42,439 nt of DNA from Octopus bimaculoides (GCF_001194135.2 NC_068984.1:139574646-139617084); one strand, 5' to 3'. Positions 22,901-36,227 are shown, counted from the first letter of the stretch. A program made the numbers and translations. Notes: generated from the letters alone by a model not told the origin.

Positions 22901-24202
22901 ACATCAACATCAAAACCTCTTCGTAGATTTCATTTTACTTTGTTTTGTTTCAAAATATACTTGTTTTCAAATTTTCTGTTGAAATTTTTATCGGAATATT
23001 CTTGTATTCTGATTCCTCTGGCGATTTTTCATAGATTTATTTTCTTACAAAATACTATACCTTAATCCACGACATTTTAACACTTTCATCTCTTATGTCT
23101 TATCGTCTGCTGCAGAAAATTCAAGAAAAAATGTCAAACCGAAATATAAATTATTTGGAGGTAAACATAAAGAGGTATCTTATTGGTGTATTACGAAATT
23201 AATGCAAATTGAGAAAAAGACGGCTATTGAAAGCGAAATTAGGATATATTAAGGTAAAAGATGCAGTCAGAAAGCATATCCAGTATATTGCAGTAGATTC
23301 AAGACTAGATGTTGGTGTTGATTTTCAAATATATGGATTTTTTCGTAAAATATACAAAAGTGTAATATGTTTGGTAACGCTATGCTGTGTGATAAATATA
23401 TTTTCTTTCTCAATCTGCTTCTTCTGACTTAGTAAACAACAACCAAATTATCCTCTGAACATATTCTCAGATGTTTAAGTTAGAACAAGGGGCAAGATGT
23501 GTCTTCAATAAGGAAACACGAGCCTTTGGGTTATCAATAAATTATGAGTAAAATCAATAGCTGGAAACTGTACATAAGTCTTGTCGAGTATATATGCTTC
23601 TGTGTGTGTGTGTGTATGAGAGAGTGCAAATGAGAGAGAGAGCAAATGAGAGAGAGACAGAATATTTGTGTGTGTGTGTGTGCGTGTGTGTGTGTCCTTG
23701 TGTGTGTCCTTGTGTGTGTTCTTGTGTGTGTGTATGTGTGTGTGTCTGTGTCCTTGTGTCTCTGTCTGTGAGTGTGCTTGTGTGTGTGTGCACGCAGGCG
23801 TGTGGAAGTGTGCATGTGGCTATATGCGTGAAGACACGCGCACACACATGTATATCATTGTTACAGCTATAAAAATATCATTTAAATTTGAATAATTCTC
23901 TCTATTTACAAGGTGTTATAGCATTTCAATAAGAAAAGAACAGAAAAGAAAAGCGAAAATTCCCCGAAGGCAGAACCTAAAAATGATAGAATAAAATAAT
24001 ATGGACAAATTTTAAAGACATTTAATACCTGCCACGGAAACGACAACAATATCTCAACATTTCAATAAAAAACAAGAAACTAATATACACTAATATACAC
24101 TAATATACCGATATTAAAGGATATTCGAAAACTATCGAAAATGTAGTTCATTGAAATAAATATGAAAAAAAAGTATTTCCTGTAAAATTGGAATATGCAG
24201 AC

Positions 24203-24590
24203 ACAGGCGTGGCCGTGTAGTAAGACGATTATGTACCAGACACGAGGTCCTGGGTTCATTTCTACTGCATGACACCTTGGGCAAGTGCATTCTACTCTAG
24301 CCTCGGCATTTGGTAGACGGAAACTGAAAGAAGCCCGTTGGATATGTACACATATATATATACATGCGTGTGTGTGTGCGCGTGTTTGTCCTCCCTCACC
24401 GCTTGACAACCGGTGTTGGTGTGATTACGCCTCCGTAACTTAGCTGTTCTGCCAAATAGACCAATAGAATAAGTATCATGCTTAGACAATTAATAACTAG
24501 TCGGGTCAGTTCGTTCGGCTAAAAATTATTCAAGGTGATGCTCCAGCATAGCCGCAGTCCAATGCCTGGAACAATGCTAAAAATAAGATG
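24203..24590 (+). mobile_element. SINE family B, near full length, with internal (TA)/(TG) tract
   Basis: tRNA-like head GGCGTGGCCGTGTAGTAAG..CCTGGGTTCATT; body CACCTTGGGCAAGTG..TTGGTAGACGGAAACTGAAAGAAGCCCG; tail GCTCCAGCATAGCCGCAGTCCAATG. Confidence 0.9.
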
Positions 24591-25688
24591 TGTATATATA
24601 TATATAAATAAAAGCATGTGTGTACCTTATTGACATATGTATGTGCATACAAATTTACACACATATATATCTACATATACGTACATAAATGAGTATATAA
24701 ATAGATTAGAAAAGCAAGATTTCTATTTTAGAACTCTGCAAATATTTGTTAAAAACAGCCGAAGAAAAACATCGATTGAGTCAAAGATAATCGTATTATA
24801 AGTAACAATGTAACAATCCAAAACTAAAAGTACACTTTTTTCTCGAATTTGAGAACCTAATAATGACTAATTTAATTACGATAAATAACCAAAAAAAGTT
24901 CCCTTTGTTAGATTCCAGCTTCATTTCTGCGAATGTAAGTAAATCACAGCAAACATATTTATCTGTAGATTCACAGATGCGTATATCTGAAACAAAAAAT
25001 AAATAAATAAAACACTAGCGAGCTCTTAAAATTCAACGGTTTAGTGGTAGAAGCATTGTTTGGTAATTCTTTGTATAACGTTGGAAAACCGGTCGCAAAA
25101 ACGTAAACAGCAATTTCTAAAAGATTGTCTTATCAGCTAGTAACTGTTTCTTCAGTTCAAGAATGAAGAACACCGATATGCCAAATACAATGCAATTCTG
25201 GGCTAATTACAAAATGAAGTTGTGTTATGTTTCTTTCCATATCTGATTTCAGATATTGCTATAATTTACTTTTTCAAACACTGAAGGTTTTTTTTTTAAC
25301 CAAATGTCAACCTTGATAGCCCACATCTATGAGCAATGGATTTCCTGATCCGAATCTCGTATCATTGTCCAAGTTTAGTGGAGCATATTATCATATTATC
25401 TAAGATATTCTACGTATGTTCTAAAGGAGATTTGGCTGTTGTTGCTAAGTTGCTGGGTCTGTCGCTCAAACACTCATGATGCCCTTATCCACTCGTATTT
25501 CTACTGGGTTGCGTCCAAAATCTGCGTGTACCGCACTCACCTTCATGCACACACTTTTCGGAGCAACGGCTCATGTCTTTCCTGAAGTCGCAGGGAGCCG
25601 AACCGAAACTGTGTTAAAGGATGATATATACAACAACTCCTAATTAATGTGTGGACCATACTTTTCCTTTGTTTGACAACTCACTCGC

Positions 25689-25734
25689 ATACATACATAC
25701 ATACATACATACATACATACATACATACATACAC

Positions 25735-25776
<42 letters not shown>
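25689..25776. repeat. (CATA)n-(TA)n microsatellite
   Basis: Direct reading. Confidence 0.95.
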
Positions 25777-25779
<3 letters not shown>

Positions 25780-25804
25780 TCTACTATACACACATTAAAA
25801 GTAG

Positions 25805-26020
25805 TGATGATTTCAAATTTTGGTGGAAGGACAATGTTTATGAGGGAGGAATAAGCCGATTACTTCAATCTCATTGGTACTTAATGCATGGACCTGACAG
25901 GAAAAAAAAAGCAAAATTGAAGTGGGCGGAATTTGAACTCAGTACGTAAAGACGGACGAAATGCCACTCGGTTTTGTTTCCCCCTCAAAATGCTAACAAT
26001 TCTGACAGCTCGTCACCTTT
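25805..26020 (-). mobile_element. SINE family A (degenerate, near full length)
   Basis: GGCGGAATTTGAACTCAGTACGTAAAGACGGACGAAATGCC...GCTAACAATTCTGACAGCTCGTCACC. Confidence 0.8.
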
Positions 26021-26129
26021 AGTTTGAACGTCATCTCAACGATATAATTCTCAAAAGTCCTGAAGTACCGGCAAAGCCTATCGCTCCAGTCCTTTCCTTG
26101 ACTCGCAACAAGTAAAGAAAAAGAATGGA

Positions 26130-26700
26130 ATCTACTCTGAGTTTTCGTCCTTATCTCTTACATAATGCACCATTGTAAGCTCATCCACTTGATATTTGCT
26201 TTTTATTTTGCTAGCATTGAAGATATAAGTTAAGTACTTGTTAAGTATTTGTATGGATTCAGTAGATACTGCTTCTCCAAAATATGCGAAGTTTACATTT
26301 GTTAGAAATCGTTATTCTTCTTTCTTTAGTACATTATGCCGAATACTATAGAGAACGTTTTTATGGAACTTTACGCATTGATCTTCACTCTGGTAAACAA
26401 ATATATAACAAACATATGTCTTAAAGAAATCGATACATTTGCATAGGTTTCCGACAATTCACTTGTCAGATACGATTATATTCCAATAACTTTTACTTTA
26501 AAATCACTTGTAAAAGCAACGAGTTGTAATATACGAGAGAAAGAAATGTCAGTAGTGTGATAATTCCACAGAATAATACGTACATAGAATGGCGTATGTG
26601 CTGACAACTCCTCAGAGGATTTGATGCAAATTGAAGATAAAATGTCTTGAAGTATTCTGACGTGATTTCTCATAATTGAAGGTCTGTCACGACTTGTCAA
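26130..26700 (-). pseudogene. Possible hAT (ZMYM1-like) transposase C-terminal dimerisation-domain remnant
   Basis: SSEELSAH..LWNYHTTDI, then LSETYANVSISLR (~LxDTFPNVSIALR); the downstream ERSFS motif is not clearly retained. Confidence 0.4.
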
Positions 26701-27329
26701 CATCAGGTCTAGAGAATAACTGTGTATGTGAATGTATATATNNNNNNNNNNNNNNNNNNNNNNNNNNNNNNNNNNNNNNNNNNNNNNNNNNNNNNNNNNN
26801 NNNNNNNNNNNNNNNNNNNNNNNNNNNNNNNNNNNNNNNNNNNNNNNTATATATATGTCTATATATATACATAATATATATATTTGTGTATGTATTGATG
26901 TGTGGTCGTGCCTGTGTACATATTAAAAACATACACAAACACACACTGCACATGTATAGATATTTACCAGTGACTGAAAATCATGAGAAATATCTAGTGT
27001 ACGCAAACTCTCCGCAATTGTTGAGTTATTTCTGTAGCCTCCAGTTCATGCCTGAGCAATCCAGCTGATTTGTCTTATAATACATAGGTTTTTTGGAGTT
27101 AACAAAATATAAATCACACATCCATTATTTATGCATGCCATACCTCAGTTTTTCTCAAGAAAAAAACTATACACCGTGGAATGTAGTAACAAGTGTTGAC
27201 GTGTGTTAGTCTAGGCTTGTTTTAATGTTTTTCACCGTCTCCCCGATTTTGCACATTTGAGCTAGACAAGGCTACGATTTGCTCATGACGGCTAATGCTC
27301 ACCTGCGCTTTATTATCCCATAGTTTTGA

Positions 27330-28450
27330 CGCGAACAGATCTATTGACGCTGTTGATATTTGTTATGGCCGTCTTCTTTTTATATTTTAGTGGATTTAGT
27401 GTTACAGACAGAGTTATTAGAAGGTGGCTTCAGTTGTAATGTGTGGAGGTCTTCAAGCTTTTTTCTGTTTGGAGACGCCATAATTGAAGATGAGCCTTTC
27501 TCATGCAACAAAATATGACTCACTTATCGTCTACCCGGCTGGGCTTCCATTTTCTACTTTTGTGTACCATTTATGTGTTCACCACTTGCATACAATTTGA
27601 GATGGTGCAAAATGTATGTACTATTTCATATTTTTTCTAGTTTACTATGATTTATTTTGAGACTTTGGCGACATATGGTACATAGATTATTGTGTTTGTT
27701 TCTTTGTACCGGGCATTTGCAGAAGAAATTAATACCGCAATTTTGCTTTCTTTCCTAGGTCGTCTGGATTGTAGGGCATTGTATATAATTCCTGTTTTTT
27801 GCATTTTCTCTATGGGAAATGTTCAAGTTAATCATTCTATTGGATACTTGAACTTCTGTTATTAGTTGTAAGAGGGCTGACACAGAGATCGATTGATGCT
27901 AATGTGAAATTGTTTTGTAGCCAGGGTTCTGTATGATTGAAAAGAATATATAGCTATGGCGGGAAAAAAGTGGGTGATGCTCAGTCTTATATCATTTCCA
28001 CATGAGGCTGTGTATATCTATACATTGTACAAGAAGAGGAAGGCCATATTAGTCATAAAGTGTGAGATCAGGTACCAGTACGAATGTATTCAAGACGTTA
28101 CACATCCTAGATATCTTGGTGTTGTACAAAATGTAACGGGAAATATGAAATTAGAAGTAAGTTTGCTGATTCCTGTGGTTGCCAGAGTGTTGTTTGTTTT
28201 TATTTTTAAATGTTCGTACCAGGCCGAAATGTTTTCGCTGTATATTTGTTATTTATCAAATCCTGATAAGTTATATTTTCTCAGATATTTACTGCTAGAA
28301 ATAAAGAATAAATTAAAGTCATACGTTATTTGAAAGGTAACTAGTTATGCTTCGCGTTGTTGTTTCCTGCTTTTTGTTCCTGTATTCTTTGCGTTCTTTC
28401 CGCTGGCAAACTTTGGACATCTCTCTTTTTCTCATATTAGGCCTATTACA
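27330..28450 (-). pseudogene. Penelope-like retroelement remnant: RT C-half and GIY-YIG endonuclease
   Basis: One frame with stops, 28345 to 27420: LVTFQITYDFNLF (~LVSFDVxSLF), TLATTGISKLTSNFIF (~GxAMGSPLSPxLANLFM), PRYLGC (~RYVDD), IYSFQSYRTLATK (~YLxFxSxHPxxxK), FKYP (~NGYP), IYVPYVAKVSK (~IPYVxGLSE), QTEKSLKT (~QTxRxLKxR). Confidence 0.75.
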
Positions 28451-28504
28451 AGAAATTGTTATTTTGAAGACTGAAGTGGTGTTGCTTTCTTACTGATATA
28501 GCAA

Positions 28505-28620
28505 TAAAAGTTTACATATTACACGAAATATGTGATAACATGAATGATGCAGTCCACCTGATATAACGGAAACTGCATCATTCATGTTATCGCTTACGTC
28601 GCATACTATGTATACTTTTA
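28505..28620. other. Long ungapped hairpin (49-nt arms, perfect 20-bp inner stem, 18-nt loop)
   Basis: GATAACATGAATGATGCAGT (28534-53) / ACTGCATCATTCATGTTATC (28572-91); the outer 29 positions pair 21 WC + 1 GU in the same register. Confidence 0.9.
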
Positions 28621-29239
28621 ACGACTTTCACCGTCTGCTCCATTTCTTTCTCCTCAACGTTTTTGGTAGACCCCAATAATAACATTGTGATGATGAATGG
28701 TATTTGTTTATTCAGCAGTTTTATAATAAACCTTGTTATAATAAGGATTTTGTAATTAACGTCAAATTATGTAATCAAGTATACATATAACGATGACTGG
28801 GCTAATTTTGACCATCAATTAGGTCTGCCTCAGGCATCTGTCTTTTTTATAACTTGTCACTTATCCCACTTTGTTGCTTTATGTAATAAGCAAACATTTC
28901 ATTTAGCTGAAAGCTTAATAACACTATAAAGACATTTCGTCAGTATAAAAAAGGAATTCGCGTATGTTGTAGATTGACGGAAATAAAAGCAGACTTGCCT
29001 TTCCTGATAAACCTTTCAACAGCAAATGCATAGTGCGCAGCAGTCCAAATCTTGGAGGTGGTCAGAAAAAATAATAGATATTCCTTGATCTTTCATCTAT
29101 TACTTCTTTCTGACGTTAGACTTCGATCATGTGTAAACACAATAACACCTCTTGTCAAGTAATGGAAGGAGACAAACACATACACAAAGACACACACATG
29201 TACACACGCACATACACATACACACACACATGTACATAT

Positions 29240-29300
29240 GGCGGTGCCCCAGCATGGCCACAGCTCATGAGCTGAAACTAGATAAAATGAAAAAGAAAAT
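29240..29300 (+). mobile_element. SINE family B 3' tail fragment
   Basis: GGCGGTGCCCCAGCATGGCCACAGCTCATGAGCTGAAACTAGATAAAATG. Confidence 0.75.
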
Positions 29301-29309
29301 GAAAATATA

Positions 29310-29466
29310 TTCGACGGGTTTTATACAGTTTCCTTCTACCAAATCCACTGAAAAGGTATTGGTCGGCCCGAGGCCATAGTAGAAAGCACTTACCCAAGGT
29401 GCTACGCACGAAGAAGGCGTGTGATTGATAAGCAAACCTCTTACCACACAACCACCCCTGCACCTA
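29310..29466 (-). mobile_element. SINE family B 5' half
   Basis: CAGTTTCCTTCTACCAAATCCAC..GGTCGGCCCGAGGCCATAGTAGAAAGCACTTACCCAAGGTGC..CTCTTACCACACAACCAC. Confidence 0.85.
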
Positions 29467-29714
29467 TATGACAATATCCATTATCATTTCTTTACCTTCG
29501 TTACTTCTACACCAATGGCCGCGTTAGATATAAATGTTTCTCTATATAACCGACGCTTGTGGACTGCGAGGCCTCGAAATTACTCTATGACTAAATCTCA
29601 CCCTGAAATGCATTTAAGATTCTGTTTAAAGAAAAACATGAGCAACAATCAATCTGTCATTGGAAAACACGCGGAAAGATTCACTTGATGAGGGAATTCC
29701 CCACCAACACTGTT

Positions 29715-29896
29715 TGGCAACCCGATCTGGTTTGTTTACGTCCCATAACATAGCTGCTCCGCGAAACTGGCTTATACGATAAGTCCTAGAGCTTTAACAA
29801 GCCAAGTATTGATAGATTTGTGCAACGAAGGCCTTTGAAGGCGGTGCCCCAGCATCGTCGCAATCCAATGATTGACACAACTAAAAGTTAAAAGAT
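29715..29896 (+). mobile_element. SINE family B 3' half
   Basis: TTTGTTTACGTCCCATAAC..GAAGGCGGTGCCCCAGCATCGTCGCAATCCAATGATTG. Confidence 0.75.
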
Positions 29897-30829
29897 ATGA
29901 ACCAGTACGCATACATCACACGGACACATGTACACTATTTAGTTTTAAAGAAATCGGTTTTTTCTTGTTATTTTTGATAATAATTTTTGGACCTCCTAAA
30001 TATTTATATTAGAAAATGATTTGTTTCAAGTATCAAATATTGGTCTGAATTTTTCTTATTAATTTTAAACATGAAAAAGAAATAAGAAATTGTGTTTGTC
30101 TATAGATGACAAACACGTTAAGGCAAGTTGTTATGTTCATTATTGCTTGTAATTAAATATGATTGATGCATAGCTAATTTCCTGTTGCGGAAATATTAGA
30201 ATTACGTAATGTATGGATCGAGTTCCTGTCAACAAACTAATTAATATTGGAATGAACAGTAGCTAGCGACATTGTTGAGGAAGTGAGATTCCAGCCAGCT
30301 GTGATTTTCATTGACTTTGTTACAACAGTAAATATACGCTTAACAACGAAATTTTATTTCTAGTGAAATCTATAACAACATTTGTTTAGATGTTACCCGC
30401 TAAAACATGATCAATACTTGTTAATCTAAATTTAAAATAAATATCTAAACAGCATTGTAGTATTTTTGCTATTATATAATATTGAACATTATTTTCAAAT
30501 TCATTTTAATTTGCTTTTTATTGTTATCAAAGTATTGATTAGATAACCAGACATCTGGATCTTCAATTAAACTTTCAATTGTTCTTGGATTTGTTTTAAT
30601 TATATTAATTAAATTTTCTTACAAATTGTTAAATAAGAGGATTGAATTATTTCTTTGTCATCAACAGAGACTATTAAATTAAAATGTTATTCATATAACA
30701 CATAATCTTAATGAGAGATTTTGTATAGAATTGCAAATTAGGAGAAATCAATAGAAATTTGTGTACTCTAATGTAACGCAAATCTTCAAAAACTATTTTA
30801 CATCTACACACACACACATACACACTCAT

Positions 30830-30891
<62 letters not shown>

Positions 30892-31453
30892 NNNNNNNNN
30901 NNNNNNNNNNNNNNNNNNNNNNNNNNNNNNNNNNNNNNNNNNNNNNNNNNNNNNNNNNNNNNNNNNNNNNNNNNNNNNNNNNNNNNNNNNNNNNNNNNNN
31001 NNNNNNNNNNNNNNNNNNNNNNNNNNNNNNNNNNNNNNNNNNNNNNNNNNNNNNNNNNNNNNNNNNNNNNNNNNNNNNNNNNNNNNNNNNNNNNNNNNNN
31101 NNNNNNNNNNNNNNNNNNNNNNNNNNNNNNNNNNNNNNNNNNNNNNNNNNNNNNNNNNNNNNNNNNNNNNNNNNNNNNNNNNNNNNNNNNNNNNNNNNNN
31201 NNNNNNNNNNNNNNNNNNNNNNNNNNNNNNNNNNNNNNNNNNNNNNNNNNNNNNNNNNNNNNNNNNNNNNNNNNNNNNNNNNNNNNNNNNNNNNNNNATA
31301 TATATATATATATATATACACATATGTACATACACACACGCACACTCATGCATACAAATCTAACTATAATGGAACTGTAGTATTTATTAGATTGTACTGA
31401 CATTAGAGGAACCTGTTCCAGCGATCAGCTGAAGAAATATCCTTATCTACTCT

Positions 31454-31650
31454 AGGCACAAGGTCCGAAATTTTGTAGGAGGAGCCACTCGATTAGATCG
31501 ATCCCAGTACGGAACTAGTACTTAATTTATTGACCCCGAAAGGATGAAAGGCAAAGTTGACCTCGGTGGAATTTGACCTCAGGTAAAGGCAGGTACAATC
31601 CCACTAAGCATTTTGTCCGGTATGCTAACGATTCTGCCAGCTCACCACAT
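31454..31650 (-). mobile_element. SINE family A, full length
   Basis: GACCCCGAAAGGATGAAAGGCAAAGTTGACCTCGGTGGAATTTGA..TGCTAACGATTCTGCCAGCTCACC. Confidence 0.9.
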
Positions 31651-31652
31651 TA

Positions 31653-31827
31653 ATCATGGTTTCAAATTTTACTGCAAGGGCAGCCATTTTGGGGGAGGGG
31701 ATAAGTCGATTACAGCAACATTGATACTTAATGTATCGACCCCGAAATGACGAAAGGCAAAATCGACATCGGCGGAATTCGAACTCAGAATATAGCAATG
31801 GGCGAAATATCGCTAAGCATTTCATCC
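31653..31827 (-). mobile_element. SINE family A, second tandem copy (head lost into microsatellite and gap)
   Basis: GGTTTCAAATTTT..AAGTCGATTAC..TCGACCCCGAAATGACGAAAGGCAAAATCGACATCGGCGGAATTCGAACTC. Confidence 0.88.
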
Positions 31828-32234
31828 ATACACACACATACATACNNNNNNNNNNNNNNNNNNNNNNNNNNNNNNNNNNNNNNNNNNNNNNNNNNNNNNN
31901 NNNNNNNNNNNNNNNNNNNNNNNNNNNNNNNNNNNNNNNNNNNNNNNNNNNNNNNNNNNNNNNNNNNNNNNNNNNNNNNNNNNNNNNNNNNNNNNNNNNN
32001 NNNNNNNNNNNNNNNNNNNNNNNNNNNNNNNNNNNNNNNNNNNNNNNNNNNNNNNNNNNNNNNNNNNNNNNNNNNNNNNNNNNNNNNNNNNNNGTATAAC
32101 GCTCGGGAATTGAAAAAGTCTTTAACCTTTCGATCCTACGCTCTTCTACAGAAAGGTACACAGAAAGAAACAAGGAGAAAAACAAGCAGGGAAAAGAAAT
32201 GTGTGCGTAGTGGTTAGCGATCTATCATGGCGAA

Positions 32235-32267
<33 letters not shown>

Positions 32268-32506
32268 GCACATATATGTATATATATGTGCACCCACACA
32301 CACACATATATATACATATATACGTACATACTATTATTAAAATTGTTGAATTTAACTGCCAAACATGAGGGACTTGTATTCTACATACATTTACTGGTAT
32401 TTACTTGTTGGAAATTTAATCTTATTCCTTTATACTGAGAGCTTACATGATATCTGCCAGGATCTATTTAATCGTATTTTTCTTATATACACGTATACAA
32501 ATATAG

Positions 32507-32540
<34 letters not shown>

Positions 32541-33811
32541 TTATATATTTGATTATATATTTTGAAATGTATTTTTATTTGGGGTTAAAATCACCAAAAG
32601 TGTGACGTATATTTCCATCTTTCCGTGATCAATAAAACTAATCATCGTTAAATCATAGCGCCCATTGAATGAATTTTAATCTTTTCAAATATTTTAGGAT
32701 GTGAACTTAAATGACAAACAATTGTTTTGTCATATTAATGTAAACCATTTCATTTTCAAATTTTCAACGCTGCTGATCCTAATTTATCATTCATCTCTTA
32801 ATGATTGATAAAATACTGCAAGAGCGAAATACTAAATTCTATTAATTCTGATTCTATCGTTCAAGCAGAGTTAGAAATAGGATCACATTATGCCACGTGG
32901 TTTCTCTTCTCTTGTATAAGAGTAAGAAAATTGAGGGAGTTTTGGGTATTATTAATAATAAGTGGAAGGACCAGTTAAGCGTTCACTCATTGAATCATCA
33001 TATTTGTTTGTGTAATATGTAACAGTAATTTTCTGGTTTGTTTAACTTATTCATGACCCCTGCAATAGAAATTTCTGGTTATACCAACACGGCGCTGAAC
33101 GTATTAAAAAGCAACAAAGAAGTCTTTGATTAGCTAAAATGACGATATTCGAGATTTTCGTAATGTGCAAGCAAATTAGATAAGTGAAACATATACATGA
33201 ATGGATAGATGAATAAATAAATACGTATGCTTCGTCTTCTTTCTATGTCGATTTCAAATTCAAGCTTCTAATCCTACTGTTATCTAAAAAATAATTATCT
33301 CCCTTGCAATAAATGGCTGCTAGAGTACACTACAGTTCTGAAGTATTTCAACATGCTCACCCCGATAAGTTTAACAATCAAATAAGCTGTATACTTTCTC
33401 CGTTCAAAAAACCAGAACCAGTAAAATCTCGAATAAAATTATGTCTCCTATCAATGATACTAACCTATACAGTTAATGAAGAGGGCTTAAGTACAATAGT
33501 ATGATATACCGATGCTAAAAGGATCGTAGCCTTAATCATCTCTAGTTAGATTAGAAACCATATTGCATATGGTTGGAATTAAATTGAAACAGCGTAAGTT
33601 ATTTTGTCAGCTGGCCTATTGATTCTGTTCATAAACCTAATAGGATATGCGCCAAACGTAGTGTAAATATTTTTTTGAAATTTTTGGAGTTAATATCGAC
33701 TGTGAGTGGATATAATTCACTTCAGTTGAGATGCTAACCTAATCTACGATTCTCACATCCTCCATATCGAACAATGTATTTAGCAATGTTATTTATTTGT
33801 TTTCCTTACAG

Positions 33812-33950
33812 AAATACCTACAACGTTTGGGTGGAGATAAACCAATTGTCATGAAATGTGTTCTGCATAAGATATTCTTCATGAAATTTTCACAATGGCT
33901 TACAACATTTGAAAACGGACCAGTAAATACGAGTTGGTAATGATATAATG
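33812..33950 (+). other. Candidate 139-nt internal exon (5'UTR exon ending in ATG, or lncRNA exon)
   Basis: Acceptor ATTTATTTGTTTTCCTTACAG (AG 33810-11) and donor ATG|GTGAGT (33951-56); all three frames contain a stop. Confidence 0.35.
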
Positions 33951-34006
33951 GTGAGTGACGCATATTACATATCAATAATCTAATCTCCTATTCCTGAAAG
34001 GGAATG

Positions 34007-34013
<7 letters not shown>

Positions 34014-34087
<74 letters not shown>

Positions 34088-34090
34088 CCC
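34014..34090. repeat. (CA)n-(TA)n microsatellite
   Basis: Direct reading. Confidence 0.97.
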
Positions 34091-34465
34091 ACACACACGC
34101 CGCATATATATATATATATATATGTATGTACGTACGTATGTATCAATGCGTATAGTATGCCTTTACGTAATATTTTCGCCTTTATGTCAAAACGTGTGTA
34201 TGTGTGTGTATGTTTTCCTTCATTATCATGATACATAGCGATGCAGTTTAGACATTCTGACTCTGTAGCATGCTCTTATTTTTATACAAAACTATTATCG
34301 GGACATCATCCGAATGAAATATTCAGAAATCCACTTCTTATTTAGTGACAAGTGTCGGTACGTTTGGGATTATACATGTTTACATATGTAATGCACTTTA
34401 TATAACAGTAATATTTTTCTTCTTATATATGTACATACACACGACTATGTATGTATATGTGTACA

Positions 34466-34499
<34 letters not shown>

Positions 34500-34782
34500 N
34501 NNNNNNNNNNNNNNNNNNNNNNNNNNNNNNNNNNNNNNNNNNNNNNNNNNNNNNNNNNNNNNNNNNNNNNNNNNNNNNNNNNNNNNNNNNNNNNNNNNNN
34601 NNNNNNNNNNNNNNNNNNNNNNNNNNNNNNNNNNNNNNNNNNNNNNNNNNNNNNNNNNNNNNNNNNNNNNNNNNNNNNNNNNNNNNNNNNNNNNNNNNNN
34701 NNNNNNNNNNNNNNNNNATATACACATACATATATATAAATATATGTATATACAAAAACGTATGTGTGCACGCGCGTGCTTT

Positions 34783-34842
<60 letters not shown>

Positions 34843-35769
34843 TACTGAAATGCTGAAGTAAATTGTGAGAGTGTGTTGTATTCAAATTGCAGTTTGTAGA
34901 TTATCAAAACAGAATCTAATTTTCCATCTATCAGAATGGTCGATAACAAGCCAAAACTCCAGTGGTTTATGTAATCTACTTCAACCATTCACTATGTATA
35001 TTGTACCTGTATCCATTTATAGAAACAATGGTGGTATAATGGTGGTAGCAACTTAGAATAACAAGCTACGTAATACTAACCTGTAAATGATATAATTTCA
35101 CTCTACACTCTATAGAGATTAACATTAGAGTAAACTAAACTTTCAGGATTGCTACTTTTTTCTAAACTAGTGATCCTTTATGCTGGGAGAAAATTAATCT
35201 GATAGGAATATGCAATGAAAATTCTGCATTGTAGGGAAGAAATGCGAATTTTTCCTTTATGGGAAATAATACTTAAATTATCTATTAGAAGCGCTGAATG
35301 GCAATAGGTAAACAGCTGCTTGAAAAAAGCAGAATAACAAGTAAAAAGTCCTTATAGTGGCTATTTTCACTTGTGAAAATATAGAATCATTTTAGTATAA
35401 AATAGTTTTTTTGTTTATGTTATTAAGATGTCAAAGTTTTAATTAAAATATGTAAAACTGAGAGAAAGAGTAACGTGCTGCAAAAAATATTTCATTTTGT
35501 ATTATTAATCGCATTTCTAGTTCAAATGCTGTAAAGCAATTTATCACTTTTAATGCAGTTAATGTCTATAAAATATGAACCTGTAGAATAATCCTTCTTA
35601 GGTTCTCTACCAAAATATACAAACCATGTGTGGTATTGTACAGACTAAAGAAACAAAAAAAGCTCTCAATCAAAATTGTTGGAGAAATAAGACAAAATAT
35701 TAGCAGTGATTCATAGCGAAATTTCACAGCAAAAAGGCAACAATTCCAAAAATTTAAGAAGTTGTTATA

Positions 35770-35890
35770 TGGACAAGCGCTAGCATGATTATGTGGTTAA
35801 GAAGCTCGGTTTACAACCACGTGGTATTGAGATCAGTTCCACTGTGCAGTAGCTGGGTGAATATCCTCTAGCATTCACTAGGCAGACAAA
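35770..35890 (+). mobile_element. SINE family B degenerate head
   Basis: TGTGGTTAAGAAGCTCGGTTTACAACCACGTGG..CAGTTCCACTGTG. Confidence 0.6.
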
Positions 35891-36081
35891 TGGATGCATG
35901 CGTTTCGGTGTAGTTATCTCCTCTCAGGATCGGACGCTGGAAGGGAGAGATACAGCGGATTTGATATAGTTATCTCTTATGATAGTTATATAAAAAAAAA
36001 ATAAGTAAACCTGCTGGAAAACTTTTAAAAATACTGGGGTCAGCAATAAAACCTGAGTATTGTTTTGACCAAAATAGTGTA

Positions 36082-36084
<3 letters not shown>

Positions 36085-36126
<42 letters not shown>

Positions 36127-36142
36127 GGTGTGTGGTGGGAGG

Positions 36143-36224
<82 letters not shown>
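36085..36224. repeat. (TA)n / (TA)n-(GA)n compound microsatellites
   Basis: Direct reading. Confidence 0.95.

Positions 36225-36227
<3 letters not shown>

Noticed and set aside
29260-29290. Hairpin + GAAAC + AGATA in SINE B tails (also 42075-42110) resembling a hammerhead 3' half
   Set aside because: No CUGANGA core upstream; it is the ordinary SINE tail.
35892-35930. Minus-strand CTGAGAGGA...CCGAAACGCATGCATC hammerhead-like string
   Set aside because: The core is off by one nucleotide, stem III pairing is broken and there is no stem I.
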